This document shows positions 17,973 to 27,262 of a DNA stretch of 33,844 nt, one piece after another. This DNA comes from a bacterium (GTDB lineage: Bacteria; Babelota; Babeliae; Babelales; JAUWHS01): contig JBDRFY010000009.1 of the NCBI GenBank assembly GCA_043818275.1, positions 1-33,844 on the forward strand, written 5' to 3'. The translations under genes and the position numbers were made by a program. The first letter of the stretch is position 1; each line of letters starts with the position of its first letter. The notes below the pieces were generated by a model. The model saw only the letters and a program-made list of their open reading frames with translations. It made no database searches and was not told the origin of the DNA.

Positions 17973-18894
17973 TTAATTCTTGCTGAATATCTTCTTTAAT
18001 TTTAAATTCTTTAAGTCTAATCTGTCTAAAATAAGATTCATGATACCCATAATGTCATTGTTCCCAATCACAACATTTAAAAAATTTTCATGCAGATCAT
18101 CAAAAGGTAAAAAATTATTACCAATAAAAGCTCTGCCTAATCCTAAAGAATAAATATTTCTAATTTTATGAATAATTTTTTCACTCGGCTTGAAGTAGAA
18201 ATTATTGGTTTTTACCTCTTGAGCTTCACCTTCAACAGAAACCATAACTTTATCGCTTGGAGCATCCAGGATAACGATACTTGAAATTAAATATTTATTT
18301 TTAAAGTTTAAATATCGCTTCATTGTCATAATTTTGTCATGGCAAACTTTAAAAAGCTCATTAAAATCTTTTAATTGCAAAACTTTATTTAATTTTATCT
18401 CTTTTTCCTGAAAATCAATTTTTTCAAACATTTTCTTAAAATTTGTTTTTAATTTTTCTATTTTTTCAGCTGCACTTTCCTGATAAGCGCTATTTGGTAA
18501 AAACATTAGCGTATCTTTTGAAAAATCATATATTTTGTTATCAGAACATTTGGCCAAAACATCATCACTGCCTTCATCCAGTAATAAGCTTGCTAAAAAA
18601 ACAGGATTAAATGTTCTTCTAAAACAAATAAATTTTATATCTTTCTGATTTGCCGCGGATGCTAAAATTTTAAGTGCTAGCTTACATGCTCTAAAAAGTT
18701 GTTCTACCGAAGATATTTTGTCTAAAAAACCAGAACAAAACAATTGATCCACATCATCACTCTCCTTAATTCTTTCATAAAGATTATCTATAAATTTAGA
18801 TTGCAAAGCAGATTCTTTCTGATCATCAAAAACAAAAATCGTTGTAGAATTCAAACTAAAAAAAACAAATAAAAAAAAACATTAATCCCTTCAT
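17973..18894 (-). CDS. Degenerate alpha/beta-hydrolase-like protein with a +1 frameshift in a poly-T tract of its signal peptide
   Basis: The ATG at 18894 with a GGGAG SD runs into TAG at 18858-18856; deleting one T joins it to the 293-aa ORF; FLASLLLD, YLISSIVILDAP and IRNIYS align with the paralogues. Confidence 0.7.
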
Positions 18895-18913
18895 CTCCCT
18901 ACTCCCCAAAAAA

Positions 18914-19849
18914 TTAATTAATTATTTTAAACAAAGGCTCTTTACCATCAGTAAAAATAGTTAATTGATAATTTTTATTTTTTTCTCCTAAAAAACCTAA
19001 ATACATTGGAACATGTAACAACCAGCGAGCCAAAAACGCTGATGTTATTTTTTTTTCACCTTCATAATTTCCACTACTTAACAAATTTCCCTTTTCATCA
19101 ATTTTTTTATCGTCTTTTTTACAAAAATCTTCAATATTTACTTCGATATTAGTAGCCAGATTAAATTTTTTAAATTGTCCTCCATCCAAAGGCGAATAAA
19201 GGTTGAAAATACTTTCAAAAAATTTCCAATTGGGAACCGTATCAACAAAATCAACCGGATAATTAAGAGCAAAAAAATCTTTTATCCATGGTTTTGACCA
19301 TATTACCTGATTGCATATCTTTCCAAAACCTCCCCCCATATATTCCACGCAGGAATCTTTTAATTGTCTTAAATTAATATGTTGAATTTGTGGGTTATTT
19401 CTGGAAAATAAATATGGATAAGAATCTTTAAAATTATTTTGATTAAAATCACCTGAAAATTTTATGGGAAGATTATTTAAATTTTCTTGCATAAAATCAC
19501 TGCTTAAAAAAATACTGGCCAAAAATACAATATCGCAACCAAAACGATACGCAATAATATTTATTTCCCACTCACCATTTCTTTTGTAATCAATTATTTT
19601 CTGTGCCAGCTTTAACCCTCCATTTACTCTCTCATTAAATAAAATTCCGGTTGCAGGAGCTTGATACCACTCAAAATAATCAATTTTATGATTTTCTCCT
19701 ATAGCTTGTTCAATAACGTTATAAAAATTTCCTCCTTGTTGCAGATCAGCCGATTCCTGCCAAGCCTCACCTGGGACAATAATTATTACAGCATTTAATT
19801 GATAAAAAAAACTAAAAAATAGGCAAAATGAAATTTTTAAATTCTTCAT
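18914..19849 (-). CDS. Secreted alpha/beta-hydrolase-like paralogue lacking the catalytic Ser
   Basis: LNAVIIIVPG..QES...QGG.F, ER..GGLKLA...ID....GE.EI and LARWLLHVP match the 15994 protein; the elbow reads IAYRFG. Confidence 0.8.
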   Translation of the reverse strand: MKNLKISFCLFFSFFYQLNAVIIIVPGEAWQESADLQQGGNFYNVIEQAIGENHKIDYFEWYQAPATGILFNERVNGGLKLAQKIIDYKRNGEWEINIIAYRFGCDIVFLASIFLSSDFMQENLNNLPIKFSGDFNQNNFKDSYPYLFSRNNPQIQHINLRQLKDSCVEYMGGGFGKICNQVIWSKPWIKDFFALNYPVDFVDTVPNWKFFESIFNLYSPLDGGQFKKFNLATNIEVNIEDFCKKDDKKIDEKGNLLSSGNYEGEKKITSAFLARWLLHVPMYLGFLGEKNKNYQLTIFTDGKEPLFKIIN

Positions 19850-19980
19850 GATCTTTCCCCCGAAAAAAATTATCCCCCCGACACGTTCTGTGCCATAGTT
19901 TATTTTTAAAAAAAGTGCTTTACTTAGTCAACAAAACAGAAACAAATTACAAATCATACAATAGCCAAACAAATCTGGAT

Positions 19981-20009
19981 TTGAAGTTATAAAAAAAATA
20001 TTCTACATT
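19981..20009 (+). promoter_or_regulatory. Putative sigma70 promoter of the ferritin gene
   Basis: TTGAAG-N17-TACATT. Confidence 0.35.
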
Positions 20010-20062
20010 TGATGAATATTCGAAATTTATAGAACTATATTTATTAATTCAAAGGATCAATA

Positions 20063-20569
20063 ATGGGAACATTTAGTAGAAAAATAATAACAGTTGATGT
20101 AAACGAACTTGTTAAATTACTCAATAAAGCTTTTGCAGATGAATGGCTTGCATATTATCAATACTGGATCGGCGCAAAAGTTGTCAGTGGTCCAATGAGA
20201 CCTTCTGTTGTCGCAGAACTGGAAGAACACGCGACAGAAGAATTAAAACATGCCCTAATGTTAACAGACAGAATTATACAATTAGGTGGAACCCCAATTT
20301 TAAAACCTGAAGATTGGTATAAACAAACAAATTGTGGTTATGAATCCCCCAAAAATGACTTTTATGTAAAAGAAATTCTTGAACAAAATATAAAAGGTGA
20401 ACAATGCGCAATTTCAACGTATCAAAAAATTATAGATTTTGTTCACACAAAAGACTATGCGACATATGATATTGCGCTTAAAATTCTTGAAGATGAAATT
20501 AAACATGAAGAAGATCTTGAAATGCTCCTTGAAGACCTTAAACTTATGCAAAGTAAATTTTCAAAATAA
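20063..20569 (+). CDS. DPS-like (DPSL) / bacterioferritin-related ferritin
   Basis: LNKAFADEWLAYYQYW, EELKHA, RIIQLGG, GEQCAI and DEIKHEED di-iron ligands; Cys pair (TNCGY, EQCA). Confidence 0.9.
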   Translation: MGTFSRKIITVDVNELVKLLNKAFADEWLAYYQYWIGAKVVSGPMRPSVVAELEEHATEELKHALMLTDRIIQLGGTPILKPEDWYKQTNCGYESPKNDFYVKEILEQNIKGEQCAISTYQKIIDFVHTKDYATYDIALKILEDEIKHEEDLEMLLEDLKLMQSKFSK

Positions 20570-20580
20570 AAATAAACATT

Positions 20581-20613
20581 AAGAATCTGCCGCTCAATAC
20601 ACGACAGATTCTT
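20581..20613 (+). terminator. Stem-loop after the ferritin gene
   Basis: AAGAATCTG-cCG...CGa-CAGATTCTT followed by T. Confidence 0.55.
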
Positions 20614-20634
20614 TAAAAAAAATTTGGAGAATAA

Positions 20635-21288
20635 ATGGAAAAGGCAACCTTAGGAAAAGAAGAACACCCGACAAATTTATCTTTTTCAAAACAACAAAAG
20701 ATAAATCTGCCTGAACCAACTTTTATAAGTAATACATCAATAGAAAATGCGCTTTTATCAAGAAGGTCAACCAGAATTTTTAATAAAGAACCACTCAACC
20801 TTTCTGAAATAGGTCAACTCGCCTGGGCAACTCAAGGCGTTAACGATCCAAGAGGATTTAGAACAAGCCCTTCCGCGGGAGCATTTTATCCTCTTAATTT
20901 ATATATTCTGGCAATTAATGTATTAGGTTTAGAACAAACCATTTATAAATACAAACCGGAAGATCATGAACTTGTTAAAATTTTAAAAGAGGTAAATATT
21001 GAAGAATTTCACGAAACATTAAATCAACTTTCAATAAAAAATCCTGCCGCAATTTTTATAATATCGGCAAAATTGGAACAAATAATAGCAAGTTATGGTT
21101 CATACGGTAAAAAATATTTATACATGGAATTAGGTCACGCAACACAAAATTTATATCTTCAGGCAACTTCTTTAGAACTTGGAACAACAATCAATGGAAA
21201 TATTAATGAAAAAGAAATAAAAAAAATTGCAAATATGCCATCTCATGAACAACCTTTATGCTTAATGCCTGTCGGAAAAAAATTATGA
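20635..21288 (+). CDS. SagB/ThcOx family nitroreductase-like oxidoreductase
   Basis: RRSTR, LAWATQG, RTSPSAGAFYP and ELGHATQNLYLQATSLELG motifs. Confidence 0.9.
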   Translation: MEKATLGKEEHPTNLSFSKQQKINLPEPTFISNTSIENALLSRRSTRIFNKEPLNLSEIGQLAWATQGVNDPRGFRTSPSAGAFYPLNLYILAINVLGLEQTIYKYKPEDHELVKILKEVNIEEFHETLNQLSIKNPAAIFIISAKLEQIIASYGSYGKKYLYMELGHATQNLYLQATSLELGTTINGNINEKEIKKIANMPSHEQPLCLMPVGKKL

Positions 21289-22034
21289 ATAACATTCTGA
21301 TAAAATTAATTGGTTGGCATGCGACAATTTTACATGAAGATCCATGCGCATATGACAGGTATAAATGGCTAAAAAAAAATATAAAAAAAGGAACTATTAA
21401 AACTTTAGATGCCGGTTGCGGACTTGGAACATTTTCTTTTTTTGCAGCGAAAAAAGGAAACGTAACCACAGGTTTATCTTTTGATGAAAAAGCAAATAAA
21501 CAAGCAATACAAAATGCAAAAATTTTAAAACTTGAAAATGTAAAATTTGAGCAATGCGATCTAAGATATTTAGATAAATTTAAAAATAATCTGGATAAAT
21601 TTGATCAAATAATTTGTTTTGAAACCATTGAGCATATTTTAGACGATAAAAAATTAATTAAAGATTTGTCCAATCTTTTAAGGCCTGGTGGAAAACTTTT
21701 ATTAACAACACCTTTTAAAAATTATAAAAAATTATGGCGCGACAAACTTTCTCAAATAGAAGATGGTGGTCATGTCCGCAGGGGTTACACACATGAAGAA
21801 ATTGAAAAAATATTTAATTCTGCAGAGTTGTCCATCGTAAAACAAGATTATGTTAGCGGATTTATTTCACAACAATTAACAAATTTCTCAAGAATTCTTT
21901 CTACAAAAATCAATCAACGTTTAGCGTGGTTTTTTGTTCTACCATTAAGAATTTTTCAACTCCTTGATCCCGTAATTACAAATTTTTTAAAATATCCTTA
22001 TTTATCAATAGCGGTTATAAGTATCAAAAAATAA
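21285..22034 (+). CDS. Class I SAM-dependent methyltransferase
   Basis: LDAGCGLG, FETIEHI, LRPGGKLLLTTP and H.R.GY motifs; likely start ATG 21285 overlaps the upstream stop (ATGA). Confidence 0.9.
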   Translation: MNNILIKLIGWHATILHEDPCAYDRYKWLKKNIKKGTIKTLDAGCGLGTFSFFAAKKGNVTTGLSFDEKANKQAIQNAKILKLENVKFEQCDLRYLDKFKNNLDKFDQIICFETIEHILDDKKLIKDLSNLLRPGGKLLLTTPFKNYKKLWRDKLSQIEDGGHVRRGYTHEEIEKIFNSAELSIVKQDYVSGFISQQLTNFSRILSTKINQRLAWFFVLPLRIFQLLDPVITNFLKYPYLSIAVISIKK

Positions 22035-22108
22035 AAGGCTTGACCTGTAAAGCAAAAAATTTAAAAACTTTCTAGGAAAATAAAATATAAAAAGCGAGAA
22101 GGGAAAAG

Positions 22109-25100
22109 ATGAAAAAATTCAGTATCATATTACTTTCTTCAATCTTAATTTTAATATCATTTTTCCAAATAATTTTTGCGGTTCAAAAAGGTTCAGATAC
22201 CGTTATTTCTATACAACCAGAAGCAATATTTCCGGCCGCTGATTCAGATAACGCCATGCTGGCATTTGGTTGGTTTAAGCAAGGCTTTGTTCTTGAAAAT
22301 AATTCTACAACTTGTACTTTTGAATCTGTTTTTCCAGTTTCAAGCAACATAAATATGAATGGCGGAACTTTATATTTAAATGCCGATTTAAATTTTAATA
22401 ATTTCGCAAATATAATAGGCGGAGGAATTTTTTGGGGACAAGACCATTTAATAGAATTATCTGAAACAACAACAAATTTATCTGATGGAATTATTTTTAA
22501 TAATACGAAAATATTTTTTTATGCAAACCTAAGCATCTCGGGAGATGTTACATTTGAAGGAGATTGTACATTAAATGGACATGGTTGCTCTATTAATTTA
22601 GACACTAATGGAAAAATAATAATAGCGCCAAATTCAACATTACTTGTTCAACAATCTGAATTATATAATGTTGGAGCAGGTAAAATTATTTGTCTGGCTG
22701 ATTCAAGCAGATTACTTTTGGATGAAGTTAAATGGTATCAGGAGTCAGATTATACATTCACTCAGGGAAGCATTGGAATTTATAACAATGTAATTTTTGG
22801 AGGTGATCATACATTTGATTATGACAGCGCGCAAACAAGCAGTATTTTTTCAGATTCCTGCTGGCATTTTTTAGACAACATAGTTTTTTCAATTGGGCGA
22901 AAAGAATCAATAAACGATCTAGAGCCTTTGTGGATGGAAGATCATTCCTCCGGCTTACACCTGGATAATTGCAATTTTGATGTTAAATCAAATGGCATTT
23001 GCATATTAAATGGTTCCCTTTTTATAGACAGAGAAGTTTTCATTCATACCAATTCAACTTATTCCTGTAATGGGCTAATTTTGGGAAACGGAATACCAGA
23101 CAATGACCCTCAATTAAGATTTTATCCGGGAGCAAATTTATATCTTTATCCTGGACACCTCACTTATGATATCATAGATAATGATCAATTGGCATTTCAA
23201 AATACATATGCACAATTCACAAGAAAAAATTATCATGTTCTTAATGTTTTGCAAGATTTAAATTTAACAAATGTAATAGTATCTAATGAATTTCAAACAT
23301 CGATGCCTATTGCTGATGGAAAAAAAGTAACATACAACAACTGCCATTTAAAATATCCCAGTTTAGAGTTCGATTTAACAGGAACTACTCAGGGAAATAT
23401 TTTTTTACAAAATCTTGAAGGAAACGGTTTGTTAAATTTAACAAAAGGAACGTTTCCCGCGTGGATAATTGTAAAAAATAAAAATAATTATGTTACAGGA
23501 GAAGGCAGAATTTCCGGCCCAATAATTCTTCAAGATGAAAACGCTGAAGTAAGGCTACTTTTTGACGGATTAATGGATAATGGAATAATGCTTAATGGTG
23601 GAACATTAATTCTTGAACACGACCTTGTATTATCGCAAAATGGCGGAATCGGCGGAACCGGATACGCAAATTTGTCTTCATATAATCTTATATTGGGAAA
23701 TAGAGATGTTAGCTGGACAAGCTCCATTTATATGGATGGAGATCATTCTGTAATAAAATTAAACGCGAATGTTATATTTTCAAGTGATGTCACATTTAGT
23801 GGAATATTTGAAGTGGAAGGAAATGGAGAACGTGTAGAATTTGTAGATGGATGTAATTTAAAAATAGAAAAAGGATCAACAATAATATTCAGAAACATTT
23901 CTCTAAACAATCTTGGCGGTGACAAATTAATTTGTCTGGATGATAACAGCAAAATTATATTGGACAACGTAGCCGTTAATCTTAATGGGAACTACACATT
24001 TTCAATAGGATCACTTGAAATATTGAATAATGTAGACTTAAAAGGCAGCTATACATTTGAATACAACAGCAACATTCCAATTAAAATAAACACCTATTCA
24101 GAATTATTATTCGATGACGAAATAACAATTAAATTGGGTGACAATATAAAAACACCTTTTTTATTGACTGATAAAACATCCATATTAAAAACAAAAAACG
24201 CCAATTTCAAAATAGGCCCACTGGGCCTTCAGGTAACAAAAGGAACCTTCTTTTTTGGCGGAACTTCAATTTGGGAATCAGATTCAACATCAAGTTATGA
24301 TTCATTAATTTTTGGAGATGGAAATAGTGAAAATGACGCTTTACTAAAAATAGGTGAAGCTGCAACTGTATTAATTAAAAAAGGTGCAGTTGTTTACAAT
24401 AACACTGACCCTGAAGGATTTAAATCTACATCTCAATCAAATCGTTTTGTAAGAAATGCAAATACTTATTATTATGCAACTCAGGATCAGACCCTTAAAG
24501 ACACTTATTTGGATCTTGATCCAACAGCACCACTAATTGTAAGCGAAAATAAAACATTTGCTTATGATAATTGCACTGTTGCAATAACTGGAGTGGTATT
24601 TCAGATGACAGCTCAAAGGTATAACGAATATACAATATTAATGAGAGGAAATGATTCAATATTTGTAAAAGAAGGAATATTACCATTATACCTTTTGGTT
24701 CAAGATTCAAACAATAAATTATATGGGACTGGAAGTATATCTGGCAGTATAATTTTATCTAATTCTGATTCACAATTAGAACTTGGTCTTTTTGGAGAAA
24801 TTCTTAATAACATTCAATTAAATTATGGAACCTTATTATTGGCAACTGACACAGAAATAGCAAAAGATAATATTATAAGCGGTCCGGGAACAGTAAATAT
24901 GGCAACAAAAAATTTATATTTAGGCTCAAGAAACACTTCATGGGAAACCCCAATTTTATGGCAAGGAAACGATGCTTTGCTTAGTATAAATTCAAAAATT
25001 GACCTTAAAGACACCTGGACCTTTGAAGGAATATGCGCCATAAATGGAAACTTGAACTTAATTGAATTATCTCAAAGTGGCTCAATATATGTAAAAGATA

Positions 25101-25651
25101 ATACAACTTTAACATTAAGAAATTTAACAATTAAAGGCGCTGACTCTGACCGAATAATATGCGCAGGTAATAATAGTAAAATAATATTTGATAACACTAC
25201 TTTAATGTTAACTGATGGAGATTATAATTTTGATACAGGATCATTTGAAATTTTAAATAAAGTAGAAATAAGAGGTAATCAAACATTTAGCTATAAAACA
25301 ACTGAGACCAGTATAATTCATACAAATGCTGAATTTTATCTGAAAAACGGCGCAACATTCAGCTATGCCCCAACAACAACAAACGACGATTTAATTATTT
25401 TTGAAGATCCATCCTCAATGATTAGCTTTCATGAAACTTCTCTACATTCAACAACAACCGGAATGAAACTGACAAAGGGAACGATGAAAATAAAAGGCCT
25501 TTGCTATTTTAATAGTGACGCAACAAATGAAGCAGAAGGAATTAAACTTGGAGATGGAGTTAATGAAGAAAGTGATTTTACAGTAAACATTGAACCTGAA
25601 TCAAGTTTAAATCTTGTTTCTGGTCATCTTGTTATACAAAACGTTAATTAA
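22109..25651 (+). CDS. Large secreted beta-solenoid-like protein with three internal modules
   Basis: Signal peptide; Asn/Gly/Ile-rich beta-strand repeats; LNGGTL.L..DL, IIC....S.L.LD, YTF..GS and L.lG.G...ND recur three times. Confidence 0.8.
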   Translation: MKKFSIILLSSILILISFFQIIFAVQKGSDTVISIQPEAIFPAADSDNAMLAFGWFKQGFVLENNSTTCTFESVFPVSSNINMNGGTLYLNADLNFNNFANIIGGGIFWGQDHLIELSETTTNLSDGIIFNNTKIFFYANLSISGDVTFEGDCTLNGHGCSINLDTNGKIIIAPNSTLLVQQSELYNVGAGKIICLADSSRLLLDEVKWYQESDYTFTQGSIGIYNNVIFGGDHTFDYDSAQTSSIFSDSCWHFLDNIVFSIGRKESINDLEPLWMEDHSSGLHLDNCNFDVKSNGICILNGSLFIDREVFIHTNSTYSCNGLILGNGIPDNDPQLRFYPGANLYLYPGHLTYDIIDNDQLAFQNTYAQFTRKNYHVLNVLQDLNLTNVIVSNEFQTSMPIADGKKVTYNNCHLKYPSLEFDLTGTTQGNIFLQNLEGNGLLNLTKGTFPAWIIVKNKNNYVTGEGRISGPIILQDENAEVRLLFDGLMDNGIMLNGGTLILEHDLVLSQNGGIGGTGYANLSSYNLILGNRDVSWTSSIYMDGDHSVIKLNANVIFSSDVTFSGIFEVEGNGERVEFVDGCNLKIEKGSTIIFRNISLNNLGGDKLICLDDNSKIILDNVAVNLNGNYTFSIGSLEILNNVDLKGSYTFEYNSNIPIKINTYSELLFDDEITIKLGDNIKTPFLLTDKTSILKTKNANFKIGPLGLQVTKGTFFFGGTSIWESDSTSSYDSLIFGDGNSENDALLKIGEAATVLIKKGAVVYNNTDPEGFKSTSQSNRFVRNANTYYYATQDQTLKDTYLDLDPTAPLIVSENKTFAYDNCTVAITGVVFQMTAQRYNEYTILMRGNDSIFVKEGILPLYLLVQDSNNKLYGTGSISGSIILSNSDSQLELGLFGEILNNIQLNYGTLLLATDTEIAKDNIISGPGTVNMATKNLYLGSRNTSWETPILWQGNDALLSINSKIDLKDTWTFEGICAINGNLNLIELSQSGSIYVKDNTTLTLRNLTIKGADSDRIICAGNNSKIIFDNTTLMLTDGDYNFDTGSFEILNKVEIRGNQTFSYKTTETSIIHTNAEFYLKNGATFSYAPTTTNDDLIIFEDPSSMISFHETSLHSTTTGMKLTKGTMKIKGLCYFNSDATNEAEGIKLGDGVNEESDFTVNIEPESSLNLVSGHLVIQNVN

Positions 25652-25660
25652 TGAGAATAT

Positions 25661-27262
25661 ATGAAAAATATTTTTTATAAAAAAACGCAGATCCTGAACT
25701 CGTTTCAGAATCTAAAATTTATTTTATTCATTTTCATATTTTTCTTAACAACAAACTTAAACAGCTCATCAATAAATGCCAAAATAAGTACTTCCATTAT
25801 AAACATCCAAAACAATGCCAATTTAAACTTAAAAAATCCAATAAATAATTTTGAAGGTAAAATTAAAACGAATACAAGTGGATCAATAAATGGAAAAAAC
25901 ATTAATTTTAATAAAGGAAAGCTGGAAAATTCAGATAATAAAATTCAATTAACAGGGATCTTAACAAATCAGACAACAAATAAAATAATTCTTGATGGAA
26001 ATAAAAACATTAATATAAAAAGAGGAACAACTCTCCAGTCAATAGAAATAAGTAATGATAATAATAAAATTGACGGATATGTGCTAACCGAAAATGACAT
26101 AACACTATTAGATGAAAATACAACGGTTTCATTGAGTATTCATGATTCACTAATTTGCAACATTCAATTAAATTTTGGAACTGTTTATCTGCAAGATGAT
26201 CTATATTTCACAAATAACAAAAAAATAATCGGTCCAGGAAAAATTATTCCACAATCAAGAAAAATTATTTTTAATGGAACAAATTTAAATTGTAATACAT
26301 CAATATGTTTTGGTACAAACAGTAATATTAAATTAAATACAAACATAGATTTATCTGAAACATGGACTTTTGATGATGCGTCAACACACATAATCGAAGG
26401 ACAAGGAAATATATTATCACTGGAAAATTTAGGCCTAATTTTAATTAATGAAAACTCAACATTAATAATCAGAAATTTAACAATAAATAATATTTCTGAA
26501 CAAAACATTAAGTGCCTGAATGACACAGCAAAAATAATATTTCAGAATGTTAAATTAGTTTTATCTGATGATTTTCAATTTCAGACAGGTAGTTTTGAAG
26601 TTTTAGATTCATGTGAATTCAATGGTCCTTATAAATTTGCGTATCAAACGACTAAAACAAGCACAATTAAATCTAAATCAAATTTAATTCTGGATAATTT
26701 TATTACGTTTAGTTATGATCCCGGAATACCTATTCAAAATTTAATTAATTTGCAAGATGAAACATCATCAATAATTTTTAACAATGCAACGCTACACGTT
26801 ACAACAACGGGAATTCAATTAACAAAAGGCAATCTGTTTATAAATGGTCAGGCAAATTTCATTGCGGAGAAACAAACATTCACCAAAGATATACCATTTA
26901 ATTCACCAACATTTTCAAGAGCAGATTTAAATAATGAAATTATAATTGAAGGTGGAATTGATATCGGAAATAATAATGAAGATGATGATTTATATTGTGA
27001 AATTTCTAATATGGCATTTTTAAATATAAATCAGGGAACATTAAATTATAAAAATATCAATTGGGATTCCTGGTTTATGCAGTCAGATAAATCATGCTTA
27101 AATATAGATACCAACGGAACATTATATCTACATCAGGATTTAAATTTAAATAACGGTTACGCGCAATTTAACCTAAATTCAACATTAGCCAGAAAAGTAA
27201 ATAAAAATTTATCAGGAGAAATTAATTCAACGGGTAAAATTAAAAAATTGACTTTATTATGA
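25661..27262 (+). CDS. Secreted beta-solenoid-like protein, type B copy 1
   Basis: Hydrophobic N-terminal signal; paralogous over its full length to 29380..30945. Confidence 0.8.
   Translation: MKNIFYKKTQILNSFQNLKFILFIFIFFLTTNLNSSSINAKISTSIINIQNNANLNLKNPINNFEGKIKTNTSGSINGKNINFNKGKLENSDNKIQLTGILTNQTTNKIILDGNKNINIKRGTTLQSIEISNDNNKIDGYVLTENDITLLDENTTVSLSIHDSLICNIQLNFGTVYLQDDLYFTNNKKIIGPGKIIPQSRKIIFNGTNLNCNTSICFGTNSNIKLNTNIDLSETWTFDDASTHIIEGQGNILSLENLGLILINENSTLIIRNLTINNISEQNIKCLNDTAKIIFQNVKLVLSDDFQFQTGSFEVLDSCEFNGPYKFAYQTTKTSTIKSKSNLILDNFITFSYDPGIPIQNLINLQDETSSIIFNNATLHVTTTGIQLTKGNLFINGQANFIAEKQTFTKDIPFNSPTFSRADLNNEIIIEGGIDIGNNNEDDDLYCEISNMAFLNINQGTLNYKNINWDSWFMQSDKSCLNIDTNGTLYLHQDLNLNNGYAQFNLNSTLARKVNKNLSGEINSTGKIKKLTLL

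Noticed and set aside
21258..21284. N-terminal extension of the methyltransferase as given in the ORF track
   Set aside because: ATG 21285, overlapping the upstream stop (ATGA), is the more plausible start.
20635..22034. Azole-containing RiPP (TOMM) cluster
   Set aside because: No YcaO or E1-like cyclodehydratase, precursor peptide or transporter nearby; stand-alone SagB-type nitroreductases are common.
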